A stretch of 62,293 nt of DNA, counting the filler, from Nemertoderma westbladi (Eukaryota > Animalia > Xenacoelomorpha): assembly GCA_032718475.1 (NCBI GenBank). It is 3 parts of 3 records of this genome, joined end to end, with 100 filler letters (N's around TTAATTAATTAA, not from the genome) between each part and the next. Parts side by side here need not be neighbours in the genome. Positions count along the whole stretch, not along the records: positions 31,964 to 54,763 come from JAUCBJ010004273.1; 2 more parts are not named here. One strand, given 5' to 3'. The number at the start of each line of letters is the position of its first letter. The stretch's first letter is position 1. A program made the position numbers and the translations under genes. Under the pieces are notes generated by a model that did not search any database, had not been told where the DNA came from, and saw only the letters and a program-made list of their open reading frames with translations. Below are positions 40,370-52,665 of this stretch, piece after piece.

Positions 40370-41937
40370 ATGAAGACACTGCCATGAAGTACAATGACAT
40401 TGGAAATGGATGGACGTTAGTGAAAAGATCAGCATTAAGAAACTCGGCCAATGCATCAATTGGTGGAGTAGGAATTCTGCTATGCCCATTTGCAGCTTTA
40501 AGACCCTAAACAATATCGAATCTATAAATTCCAGGGTTATGATCGCAACATTTGATGGGAATCAAAAGACAACAGTAATATGTTGCTACAGTCCAACCAA
40601 TGCCTCAGAGCCAGAACAAGCAGTCAAATTTTATGAAGATCTGACTGGACTTACTGGTGACCCGAATGCGCAAATTGGCCCAGAAGACATCATGGGTTAC
40701 ACCTATAACACCAGTTCTAACATAAATGGGTACTTACTTCTAGATCCAATGGAAGAATGTGAATTGATACCAACAAACAACACATTCGAAAAGACTAAGG
40801 GGAAGCTATAGACCTTTCAAAACCCTAATGGAACCAAAGCACAGCTGGATTACATCCCTATAAACAAAAAGTGGAGAAACAGCATGATCAACTGCAAGGC
40901 ATACAGCTCGTTCAACATAATTGGTTCGGACCACAGAATTGTGACTGCAGAGATCAGACTCAGTTTGAGAGCCAGCAAACCCAGGACAAGCAAGCAAATC
41001 AACTATGACTGGGAGAAACTTAGAACTGACAATGCAGTAAACGATGCTTACACAGTAGAAGTTCAAAACCGCTTTGAAGCACTTCAGCCTATGGATGAAG
41101 ACCTGTCTACCAATTCAATATAGCAGAATATACTAACAGCCCACAAGGAATCAGCTAGGAGGCATATCCCCCAGAAACCCAAACGAAAACAGTATGTGCC
41201 ATGGCAAAACTCTGAGGTTACTTGTAAGAGAAAGGATCTTTAAGATACAGTACACCTACAAAGTAAAAACCCGAACAACCAACAACCGAAAACATTAACA
41301 AGGTTGAGAAAGCTAAGGACGATCTTAAATTGGCCTACATCATCCAGGAAAAGTACATACAGGATAAAATTACAACTGCTCACATACAGCAACAATCAAG
41401 ACTTACCTGGCAAATAGTAAATTAGGTATCTGGTCGGAAAACTTGTGCAAAGGGGCGCCTCAAAGCTGATAGTCCTGAAGAACGTGTTGGGAAGTGGAAA
41501 AATCACTTCAGCAACTTGCTTGGGCAGCCACCAAACATCGAGGTCAGCCCTACAAGGAAAATATATGACAAGACACTACCTATAGAAACAGGGGACTTCA
41601 CACCTGCCGAACTCCAAAGAAGCATTAAAAGCATGTCCAATAATAAAGCGACCGGATTGGATGAAATCCCACCGGAGGTATGGAAAACCGGAGTGCTAAA
41701 TAGACCATTATTGAATGTTTGCAACCGGATGTTAAAAGGCGAAAAGCCACCACCAATTTGGACTAAAGGTCAACTAAAGCCTCTCCCCGAGAAAGGAGAC
41801 CTAGGCATACCAACAAACTATCGTGGGATCTGTCTGCTTGTGGTAGCTGCCAAAATATACAATAAAATGATTCTATATAGGATTATGCCTCACATAGAGA
41901 AACTGCTGCGTAAGAGCCAAAACGGATTTCGACCAAG
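40370..41937 (+). mobile_element. Degenerate internal fragment of RTE family A (APE to RT start)
   Basis: Near-identical to the reverse complement of ~28490-30097, with stops and frameshifts. Confidence 0.92.
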
Positions 41938-42850
41938 TACTGCCGAATTCACACTCATCAGTAGTTTTCATTAAAATATCAAACATGCTTGTTATATTAT
42001 CAACATTTTCAGATGACACCTTTTTTCGTATATTTTCCCCTACAGCGCTCCTCATGTGCCACGCACACCAAAATCGCTTTGTATGAGTTACGTTGAAAAC
42101 GAAAGTTCTCAGCACAATCAGACATAAAAGTCTCTGAGTCAATTTCTCAATTTCTGAAATATAATAATAATGGAGATGATAAAATATGGTAAAAAATGCA
42201 TTAAATCTATCATTAATGTTCAATTCTCAATTTAGGGAAAGGAGCAGGTTAGAGTGGCACGTTATTTTAACCAAAATAATAAACTTTCACAGTTTGTACA
42301 ACTTGTTACAGTTTTATTTTTGAGAGTAATCAGCCGTTATTTGCGACGAATTTCCCCTGGAGAGGGATGAGATTTTATTGCGTACAGCCCCCCCCCCCCC
42401 CCCCCCTATCATTATTCAGTCTGCACGGCACGCCCATTGCGCATTAACACATACATCACCCAAAGTACTTCTTTATTGTATATTTTCCATTTAATAAGTG
42501 CTGACATTCTGAGTTCCTTATCACAACTGCTGATCTCTGATTGGTTCTTAATACAGGTTGAATTACATTGCCAGTGCCGAGACTGTATGGGGTTTGTACA
42601 TATGCCCCCCCCCCCCCCCCCCCCCCCGAGAGGGAGTGGGGTTTAAACTCACCGTTCTAAAATAGAGTTTAAAAATTTCTCCATTTGGATTGAATCCTCA
42701 TTGGTAGTTACAAAGAATGCAACCGGGAAGCCCTTATCTCCGTTATCCAGAATGACTACCACAACGAGCTTTATATCATAGTCGTAGGTAGAGCTACCGG
42801 CATACTGCTAATATTTAAATGTAAACTACTAGGTTACAATGATCACTAGT

Positions 42851-43622
42851 TGTGACGGGATCCAAATGGGATCCCGGTTTATCCGGTTTTGTCAGTTCAC
42901 GCGTCCCCGCCGTGTGTGAAGAGTAAAAGAGTTTCGGTTGTTTGACGTGTGTAATGTTTGGGTATATGGATATAGATACGATAATGGTAAATAAAGTTAT
43001 TGCATATGGAAGGCGGGAGACGGTAATTGAAGTCCCGGTACTTCCCTAACTAAACTATTGTAGGCTACAGTAACACCAGTAACTAGCACTGAGATAACTG
43101 AGTAAATGATTACAGGTTACTGGTTATATTGCACGGTGGCCTTATTGCTACTCAATCGATGCCTTTCCCCCCTCCTGATTGGTTGATACCCTTGTTGGCG
43201 CCTTTGGAGTGATCCCCTTCACTCCACCTGTTCTCTCTGGGTTAGGGGTTTGGCCCCTGACCCTCATTGTGTGTGTCTCCTTTGGGGCCTATTGTCCCCG
43301 TTTACTGGGGTGACACGAGGTTGATTGGTAATCAACCTCGTGCTCCCAATATTGCTTAACGGCTTACTTTGCGGGTTCATGTTAGCGGAATTGGATAAGC
43401 TAACACTCCCCCCCATGCTATCTTCCCGGTGAGAAGATAGCATCCAACTAAAGTGCGCTACAATTCCGCTGGATCCCGATCTATTATCGGGTGTGGGGTG
43501 GGTTATTTTCTTTCGGAGCCGGCTTTCCGGGCCGCTCCCTATGGGTATGATATTGCTACCCTCTGGCGTCTCGTGTCGGGCCGATCGTGCGCTTCTCTCA
43601 CACAACTTTTGTTTCCCCAACA
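42851..43622 (-). repeat. 3' LTR (772 bp)
   Basis: About 3 substitutions by eye versus 51894-52665. Confidence 0.9.
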
Positions 43623-44019
43623 CTTTCGCCCTGACTCTACTCTTCCTCTCCTCTAACTCCCAACTCACTCTTACCCTCGGACTTCCCCGTCCCCCCACAC
43701 TTGAATTGCGCTCGCACTCTCTCCACACTCCGCACTATCACTCGCGTCTCGCCCTATCTCACTAATTGGGAAAAGTTGTACTTGACTACGGTACATACTG
43801 TATAATCTGAATCGCACTCTTCTCTCTCGCCAACGGTTCCTCTCACTATCTCCTCTCTATTCTGTACTCTCTGCCACTCCCTAAGGCCCTAATCTCTAAT
43901 GCTACCCCTGTGCTATCATACTATCTACCTACTGCTTACTAACTCTAACTATTTAACTCTACCAACTACTCTACTAACTCTTTTCTAACTCTGACTAAAA
44001 TCCTCCATCTACGTGGCGC

Positions 44020-44510
44020 TTGTGGTGCCAACAACCATTCTACTACTACTTCTACTCTGCTACTATCTTTAACTCTAGTAACTCTACTCGAGTCCTCTAA
44101 GTCTACTGACTCCCTAGCCCTCTAACTAGAACTCTCTAACTCTACCCACTCTTCTAACTACGTGGCGCTTAGGGTGCCCACAACCCCTTTACTACAATTT
44201 CCATCTACGTGGCGCTTCCGGTGCCCACAACCTCTCTACTACTGCTCGTGGCATGACAATATGCCACACTCCCTATTCCCCGCCGCCTTCTAGCTCTACT
44301 ACCTGGCACCCTATGTGCCCTCTCCACTACTTTCTACTACTACATCTCCACCTCCACTAATACCTCTATCTACGTGGCGCTTGCGGTGCCCACAACCACT
44401 CTCTGCTACTACTTTCTATGTGGCGCTTCCGGTGCCCACGACCCCCCTACTACTGCTACTCGTGGCATGACAATATGCCACACTCCCTTACCCCGCCGCC
44501 TTCTAACTTA
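44020..44510 (-). repeat. Hairpin-motif repeats in the 3' UTR of copy 2
   Basis: Sense-strand GTGGCAT-ATTGTC-ATGCCAC twice, GGCAC-ATAGG-GTGCC once, and repeated GTGGGCAC....AGCGCCAC. Confidence 0.75.
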
Positions 44511-44716
44511 CTCTTACTATCTAACTTCTAACTACTACTTCTTAATATCCTCTACTAACTATTATTTAATTATTTTATTATTTATTATTTTTAATTAAAT
44601 AATTAAGTTTGTGGGAAGGGCGTCTCGCCCTCATTCCCACCCCCCTCAGTCCAAAATATTGGACGACTAAACCTCCTAACTAGGGCGATTCTTCCAACAG
44701 GCACTCTCCCACTGCT

Positions 44717-46689
44717 GGGCAATTCCACAGTAACGGACGTAACTATCACAGAGTTTAAAGGCCTCCACTGCGAACAGCACCGAGTATTTTTTATAAATAT
44801 TTTGTGTGGTGTTGCTGGACCACTGGTACTATAACGTAAATACCCCAGATTATTATTAAATAATTGCATGTGCTTATAGGGCAAGCTAATACACCTGTAA
44901 CGGACGTAATCGCACAAAATGGAATTTCTGAGGTAGCCATGTTCTCATCAATATTCGTGCGAATTGAAGCAATGTTCTGACAAACCCTTCTTAGTAATTA
45001 TTGCAGAATAGATGCCGAACATATTAATAAAATAATTTAGGGCTACTGACCACTGGTTTTCATGCAGTTTGAAATTGATTTTCGTAACGGACGTAACCAT
45101 CTCCTGTAACGGACGTAACTGCAATTATGTTACATGGTGTTACTTTCCATTGCCTGTAAATTGATGTTTTCAACTAAACAAATGTGCAAATCGATTACTT
45201 AAGTCACACTGAATATTTTTTAATATAGTATTTTGGATAAAAAGAAGTCCAGAGGTGCAGAAGAGCTAAATTTTGGCATAAAGGCAATAAAGGCAGCCTT
45301 ACTATCAGTAACACAATATAAGTAGCCAATCCTTCAGGTTATGATGTTAATAGCCAAAAACAAACCGCAACCAACATTGGAGAAATTACAGGGCTGTAGC
45401 GCTGTTTGCAGAGTGTAGGAGATGGTCACTGCTCTATGCTACTATTTATGTCCGTTACGATTAATACACAGCAAAGACTTACTGCAATGATGTTAGTTTT
45501 TTGTCTCAAGTTATAAGACAATAAGTATAGACAATAAGTCTGCTTTGCACTGAAAGCAATGAGTCGAATACATCACCCCTTCCTCTAATATCTTCAAAAT
45601 TTTACCTTTTTCCGTAACGGACGTATTTTTTGACTTAGTCTATTACAACCAGTTAGTAGAACATGATACCCTATATTTGAAGTCACCAAAGTTCCTTCAC
45701 TGTATCTCCATTAGTTTTTCTATCAGTAATTTGGTATTATATTTACTCCTTCTCCACATTAGATGGTTACTGCTCTATAACCAACCACTGGTACCTATAT
45801 TATGAAATACTTCCAATTTTAGCATGGTTTTTGTTTAATGATAAGCCTAATATATTAAATGTATTGCTATTGGTAACATTTATATGGTGAAAAGCAGGTC
45901 CAGCGGTAGAACAAAAATGAGAGGATACAATGTTAAGGGTTTAAATCACAGAAAACTTAAACGAAGATCAACCTGTCTCGGGAAACTAAAATTATTGCCA
46001 TACATACAATTTTTGTCCCAAATTCTTGCCATTAATTATTGTTATTTATGTTCTGATTCACTTAATTTATATTCAACAGTCCCCAATAATGCCTAAAAAC
46101 ACCACAGGACCGGTAATTGTCATTGTATCAATTTCCTCGCTTAAACATAATTCAACACAAATTATGTCCGTTACGATAAATACACAACAAAGACTTACTG
46201 CATTGATGTTAGTTTTTTGTCTAAAGTTACTAGACAATAAATCTGCTTTGCACAGAAAGTGATGAGTTTAATACATCACCCCTTCCTCCTGTATTTTAAA
46301 AATTTTACCTTTTTCCGTAACGGACGTAATTTTTAACTTGGTCTATTACAACCGCATAGTAGAACATTATACCCTATATATGAAATCTCCAAATCTCTGT
46401 CACTGTAACTCCATTAGTTTTTCTGTCAGTAATTGGTTATTTTATTTTTTCCTTGTCCCCATGAGGTGTAGATAATTGCAAAAGTAGTTGAATGAATTTT
46501 CAATATGATTTATTGAATATATTTACTTCATATTCAGTCCTATTTTTTTTTGAAGTTACATATATATATTGGGTCAGTGTGTGTTTTTCCAACAATTTGG
46601 GATATCTGGATTACTTTAACACCCATTATATGTATAATTGAATCATTTCAATTTTTGTTAGTGGGGGTGACCTTTTCGTGGAATTGCCC
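44717..46689. mobile_element. Non-autonomous DNA transposon, Sola2-like, nested in the 3' end of the Gag-PR ORF
   Basis: Perfect 12-bp TIR GGGCAATTCCAC/GTGGAATTGCCC; 4-bp TSD TGCT. Repeated TAACGGACGTA motifs; internal ~290-bp duplication (45445-45740 / 46160-46445). Confidence 0.85.
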
Positions 46690-49600
46690 TGCTGCTCTTG
46701 TAGGTCCTGTAGGATTCGCCGCACTCTCTTTGCCAATTCCATCTCACCAGGAATTGGTTCTCCCTCTTCTGCCACCCTAAGATTGGGTCTCTCCACCGTC
46801 TTCTTAACTCGCTTGTCTCCTGGCATCAAAATGCCACCTCTCTCCTTGTTGTCTCCCGCCGGCAGAATGAATAGAAAGTGAAAGAACAGGCAGAACAGAA
46901 GGTACAATAGTAGTCCTATCCCTTTCCATCCTGCCTTCCTTCTCGACTTCCCCCTTGTCGGTATGCCTTCAAACCGGACCAGCGTCTCTTCCGGATACTC
47001 CTCTAGACACTCCTCCAGACACTCCTCTGGAGTGTTGTCCTCCGGACACCTCGCCGTCCGCTCCGCCCCATCTCCATACCGACGCTTGCTGGGAAACCTA
47101 CTCTCCTCTGCCCACTTTCTTACTGTCACCTCCCTATCTGGCTCTACTATCTCCTCCGGCTTCTTATCTTCGTCCTCTATGTCTGCGGTGCCTGGTAACA
47201 TGCACCCTGATGTCTCTGTCACACTGCATGGTATCTTAGTTTTAACTGGGCCGCTAAGCATCCATCCAAACGGCGTGAGGATCGCCGTCGGATCCTGCTG
47301 CCTGTCTTCGCCGAAGACCGTCTGTGTTCTCTCGTGGGCCGTCGGGCAGTCCATTCCTACTATAATGGACACCTTTCTAACGTCCACCTTTGGTATTGAG
47401 AAATCGATACCGTCCAGGAATCTATATTGTTCGACCTCAATGTTGGTTGGTCGCCTGGCGTTGATATTTATCGATTCTATGACGTGGATGGGGTCGATCG
47501 TCGCCCCATAGTCGCATCCCGGTGCAATCGCTGCTATCCTGCACCGCCCCGTCCTCGTCTCCAGGACCTCATCCTTACTTGAGACGGTAGTTACCGCCAT
47601 TCTATTCGGCCTCGTCTTTAGCCCTATCTCTTCGGCTACCCAGTTCTCCACCAGCGTGAAGGCTGCTCCGCTGTCGACCAGCATTAATGTCGTTACTGAT
47701 CGACCACCCTCTCCTGATATCTTCACTGGTACTACCCCGAGTAGTACCTTTCTCTTCTTCTTCTCTTCTGTCGTGCTTGTGGCCATTGCCTGGCCTCCAG
47801 TCTCGGACTCTCTAACTGCTGTTTCTCTACACTCTCCGGATCTGTGTCCTTCTACCACACATCGATGACATAGTCCGTTCGCGTCTGTGTAGGCTATACG
47901 ATCTTGTTTGGGCAACGCTTGCCAGTGCTTACAACTCCTGGTCTTATGTGTTCCGTCCCGATGTAATTGACATTCGAATCCTGGATCATAGCGTTCCCTG
48001 TATAGTCCCTCACGTATCGCGCCTAGGTTTATATGTACCGATTTAGTGTTTTGGTTGTCTGTATTCGGCCTACTGGGTATGTTGGGATTATGTTTATTTG
48101 TGGTGTTATTTTCTTTCTGTCCCTGCCACGGTGTGGCCCTGCTACCAGCTAACTGTGGACTAGCAGTCCCCTGTGTGGCCGCATGTGGTAGTGATTGTCC
48201 TACTCTCGGGAATGGATCTGCAGGATCGTGTTCGGGTTTATGGCTTGTCCCCAAACTATCCTCGCTATAGACTGGGTCTGTTATTAATTCGGCTTCATAG
48301 TTGAGGAAGCTCGACATCTCTTCTAGGCCCGGTTCCGCACCCTTCTTTTCCCGTGTGGAGAAAGCGATTTTCCTCCACTTCCTTCGTAACCAGACCGGTA
48401 GTGCCTGCGCTATCGTGGTGATGTTGTTAGACGCGTTGAGTTCGTATGGTGCGTCTAGCGTCTTTAACACGATTAACGCCTTCTCGACCTTGTTCGCAAA
48501 GGTCCTTATGCTAACGGGATTATCCTGTAGGCCACCCGATGTTATGCCTCTCAGGGTTTGCCGGATGATCTTGGCCGGGTGCCCGTATTCCCTATCTAGC
48601 GCCCGCCATGCTGTCGTGAAGCCGCCCTCGATGCCCTGGTATTGCCTCACGATGTCGTATGCTGGGCCTCCTGTATATACTTGCCGATATTTTAGGCACT
48701 CCGCCTGCGTCAAGTTCTTTGTTAGTATTTCATTACTATACATGCGCCGAAACTGTAGATATTCTTCCGGCCTACTCCCATCGAATTTAAACGGTTCCAC
48801 GGGTGGTAACTCGATCCTAGTTTTTAACGCATCGATTAACGTGGCCATCCCCATCGCCTGCGCTTCCAATGGGTTCGATGGATGTTGTATAGTTTCTCTT
48901 GTTGGGTACGGTCCGTTCGTCCTATCTGCTGTTGACTTTGCTTGTTGCGTCGGATATATCATTGGGGGTAACGGCCCCCTCCATATTTCCGTGTCGCACG
49001 ATCTGCTCTCGTCCAAGGGGTTCGATGTTCTCGCTCCTATTGGGGTATATTGTTGATATTGTGATGGGGGAATGTCACCCTGTCCCCCCCCCCCCCCCCC
49101 CCACCGGTATGTTTAGTACTGGGGTTGATGTTAATATATTGGGGCCCATACATCTATCCGCAATAATTCCCCCCTCCCCTGGATATATGTAATGTCCTTG
49201 TGTATTATAGTCATGCTGCTGTACCGGTACCGATATAGGCCTATCTGCTTCTTGCCTGCCTACCGGTATGTACTCCGCGACTTCCGGGTTTAATCCCGTC
49301 GTCCGCACTACCCTATCGCCTACTCTATCTCTCTCAGCATGGCCTATAATAGTATGTGCAGTAAGGCCTACAGTATGTCCTGCAGTCTGCATGTGCCCTT
49401 CCGAACCGAAGTTTATTCTTCGCGAATCTCGAATCTCCCCGCGACTACCGTACTCTCGATCGGCAGCTATATCCCGTCGGGAAGCTTCTCTTCGATCCCC
49501 ACTCCTGTTCTCTTCTTCATATCGGTACATCCTGTACCCATCTCTTGGCGTGCGGTGCGTTTCTCCGGGGCGACGGCAATCTCCCGAAGTTCGACCCCAC

Positions 49601-51777
49601 TGACTCTCCGTCTCCATCTGTACTACTGACGGCCCGCTATCCGTCCTCGCTCTCCGGTTGCTCCTAGCAACGACTCTTCTACTATCTTCCCTTCTTCTAT
49701 CTTCGACCCCTCTATTAAACTCTACTAATCTACTTCTATCTTCGACCTCTCTATTAAACTCTACTAATCTACTTCTATCTTCGACCTCTCTATTAAACTC
49801 TACTAATCTTCTCTCTTCTGACTGGGCTTGACGTTCCGTCGCCCGCCCTCTCGCGACGTCAACCTGTCTCTCTCTGCTCGATCGCACGCCGCTGGGGATA
49901 CTCGCAATCCCCCTATTACTCTCCATCGCCGGGTGTTGCGGTTTACCTAATTTGGCCCGCGCATTATCCGCCGACGCCTGTGGGACACTCTCTGCCCCCC
50001 CTCTCTCGCTACTAATCCCTCGCGGTGGGGTGCCCGTAGCCCCCCCCCCCACCCGCTACTTCTAACTTCACTATCTCTTACTACACTTCTGCGTCCCTCT
50101 TGTCGGACACTCTCTATCCCCCTTCTCTCGCCACTAATCTTATGTGGTGGGGCGCCCGTAGCCCCCCCCCCCCCCCCCCCCCCACTCGCCACATCTAACT
50201 TCACTATCTCTTACTCCACTTCTACACCTCTCTTTAGTCGACACACTGTCTCTACTACGGCTGGGTCTATTCACCCCCGCCTCTCTCTCTACTACTGCGT
50301 GGCCCATCAGGCCCACCTCGGGTTGGCTCAACCCCGCTACCTCCTGCCTACCAACTACGTGGCCTACCAGGCCGCCGTCCGGTTGGCTCAACCCTGCCAC
50401 TTCCTGCCTACTAACTACGTGGCCTACCAGGCCGCCGTCTGCCGGGCTATACACGTCTGACGCGTTCACATTAATAGCACCATTCCCAATATTATTTGTT
50501 AAATCAATTAAATTATTAGAATTTGAAACGGGATTATTATTTAAATTATTTAAGTTAGAATTATTATTATTTTCAAAATTTAAATTGCTATTCGAATTAT
50601 TTGAATTATTTTGATTATTCTGAATATTTGAATTAATATTATTATTTGAATTTAAACTTAAATTACTACTACCGGGTAAAATATTTCCTGTAATAAAGGG
50701 ATTAGGGTTATTTACTACGGTACTATTAATACCAATATTTCCTAACGCACTACTACTACCCCTCCCGCCCGTACGGTTACTGTATGTACTGTACGTGTAC
50801 CGCACGCTCTGTTCTCTTGCCTCACGCTCTTCGCGTTCACTCTCCTGCTCCTTCCTTCTCCCCATTATCCACTCTAATTTCTCTCTAGTTCTCTCTAATA
50901 TCTCTCTAGTTTTTAATTCATACGCTGCCAGATTTATTTCCTGCACCCTTCTTTCTTTTGCGGAGGATGTAGCAGACTTATCGGTTGCGACGGACTCCCG
51001 CCGTCCCTCCGTTCTACTAACTTTCCCCCGCTTTCCGGGGTCCTCGCTGGCCGACGAGACCGAATCCTCGGAGTTAACCTCGGATTCGCCCTCGTGCGGT
51101 CCCGCCCAACCCACTAACTTAACTTCCCTGGCATCGACTAAGTATGGCCCTATGTACACTACACCAGGCCCCATACCCCTACGTTCCCATAGCCCAAACA
51201 GTTCGAAGGCAACCCCTCTCGCTCTCTCCTCGGCCAGTTCTCCCTGCCCAGAACGCACTAGGTAATCAAAGTATCTGTTCGACTCACCTAGTCGTCTCCT
51301 CAACTTCACCTGGTCTATCTCAGCCCCTCCTCTAGCTTCCTTCAGTTGTTCCCGGGTCGCGGCGTAGGCTCGTCGGAGCCGGACGACCCCGACGTCCTCG
51401 TCGTCGACATCTCCTCTCTCCCTCCGGGTTCGGCGTCGTACCGTCGGCCCCACCGTCACCGTTCCGGTGGACCGTCCGTCGCCCTCGGCCTGTGGCTGGC
51501 CTGCGACATCGGCATATCGACCGCCGCCCTGTGTCGACTCGTCTTTCTCTTCTCCTCCCTTCTCGTCTCCTTCCCTCGACTCGCTCTCCGGTTGTAGACG
51601 ACCCCCCACATCTTGGTTTGCCGGGTTGCTCGTTATCGACGTGGCGTCAACCTGCGTCGACGTGGTCGGCGTAGCATCGACCGGCGTCGTGGGTTCGTAT
51701 CGTCTCGCCGTGGCCTCGCAGATCGTTAGATCGCCGTCCGGGGTCCGCGGCAGTGTCATCTTTCCTTCTCTACTCAT
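46690..51777 (-). CDS. gag: Gag-protease polyprotein of copy 2, split into three ORFs (50140-51777, 49075-50052, 46626-49016) at poly-G tracts
   Basis: Coiled-coil and N-rich N-terminus; capsid PPVEPFKFDG...; CQLHRDGTHKTRSC and CHRCVVEGHRSGEC; LVDSGA protease; ILTPFGWMLSGP. Confidence 0.85.
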
Positions 51778-51893
51778 CTTCGTCTCGTTGGTGGCTAGCA
51801 GTCAGTTCGGGCTGTTGGTATCTATTACTGTATAATTACGAGTTTAGCTAGGGCGGCAGCACTGATTCAATTACTGCCGAAGGCTTCAATTAC

Positions 51894-52665
51894 TGTGACG
51901 GGATCCAAATGGGATCCCAGTTTATCCGGTTTTGTCAGTTCACGCGTCCCCGCCGTGTGTGAAGAGTAAAAGAGTTTCGGTTGTTTGACGTGTGTAATGT
52001 TTGGGTATATGGATATAGATACGATAATGGTAAATAAAGTTATTGCATATGGAAGGCGGGAGACGGTAATTGAAGTCCCGGTACTTCCCTAACTAAACTA
52101 TTGTAGGCTACAGTAACACCAGTAACTAGCACTGAGATAACTGAGTAAATGATTACAGGTTACTGGTTATATTGCACGGTGGCCTTATTGCTACTCAATC
52201 GATGCCTTTCCCCCCTCCTGATTGGTTGATACCCTTGTTGGCGCCTTTGGAGTGATCCCCTTCACTCCACCTGTTCTCTCTGGGTTAGGGGTTTGGCCCC
52301 TGACCCTCATTGTGTGTGTCTCCTTTGGGGCCTATTGTCCCCGTTTACTGGGGTGACACGAGGTTGATTGGTAATCAACCTCGTGGTCCCAATATTGCTT
52401 AACGGCTTACTTTGTGGGTTCATGTTAGCGGAATTGGATAAGCTAACACTCCCCCCCATGCTATCTTCCCGGTGAGAAGATAGCATCCAACTAAAGTGCG
52501 CTACAATTCCGCTGGATCCCGATCTATTATCGGGTGTGGGGTGGGTTATTTTCTTTCGGAGCCGGCTTTCCGGGCCGCTCCCTATGGGTATGATATTGCT
52601 ACCCTCTGGCGTCTCGTGTCGGGCCGATCGTGCGCTTCTCTCACACAACTTTTGTTTCCCCAACA
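51894..52665 (-). repeat. 5' LTR (772 bp)
   Basis: Direct repeat of 42851-43622 with TG...CA termini. Confidence 0.9.
52139..52171 (-). promoter_or_regulatory. Candidate LTR core promoter: TATAA with initiator TCAGTT 29 nt downstream (predicted TSS ~52142)
   Basis: Minus strand reads CAATATAACC...ACTCAGTT with canonical TATA-Inr spacing; motif evidence only. Confidence 0.45.

Larger units (their letters stand above)
42851..52665 (-). mobile_element. BEL/Pao-type non-autonomous LTR retrotransposon, copy 2 (Gag + protease; no RT, RNase H or integrase)
   Basis: 772-bp TG...CA direct repeats at both ends, Pao-type gag and protease ORFs on the minus strand, and a purine-rich tract before the 3' LTR. 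Confidence 0.88.

Noticed and set aside
42234-42410. Diverged direct repeat with 54110-54260 (AGGGAAAGGAGCAGGTTA..TGGCACGTTATT) as outer LTRs
   Set aside because: Short, diverged and lacking TG..CA ends; more likely dispersed DNA-transposon ends.
43264-43765. Short ORFs duplicated at 52307-52892
   Set aside because: They lie within the LTRs and have no recognisable domain.
42851-52665. DIRS/Ngaro interpretation prompted by the missing TSD
   Set aside because: No tyrosine recombinase or split repeats. Gag and protease are Pao-type and the repeats have TG...CA ends.
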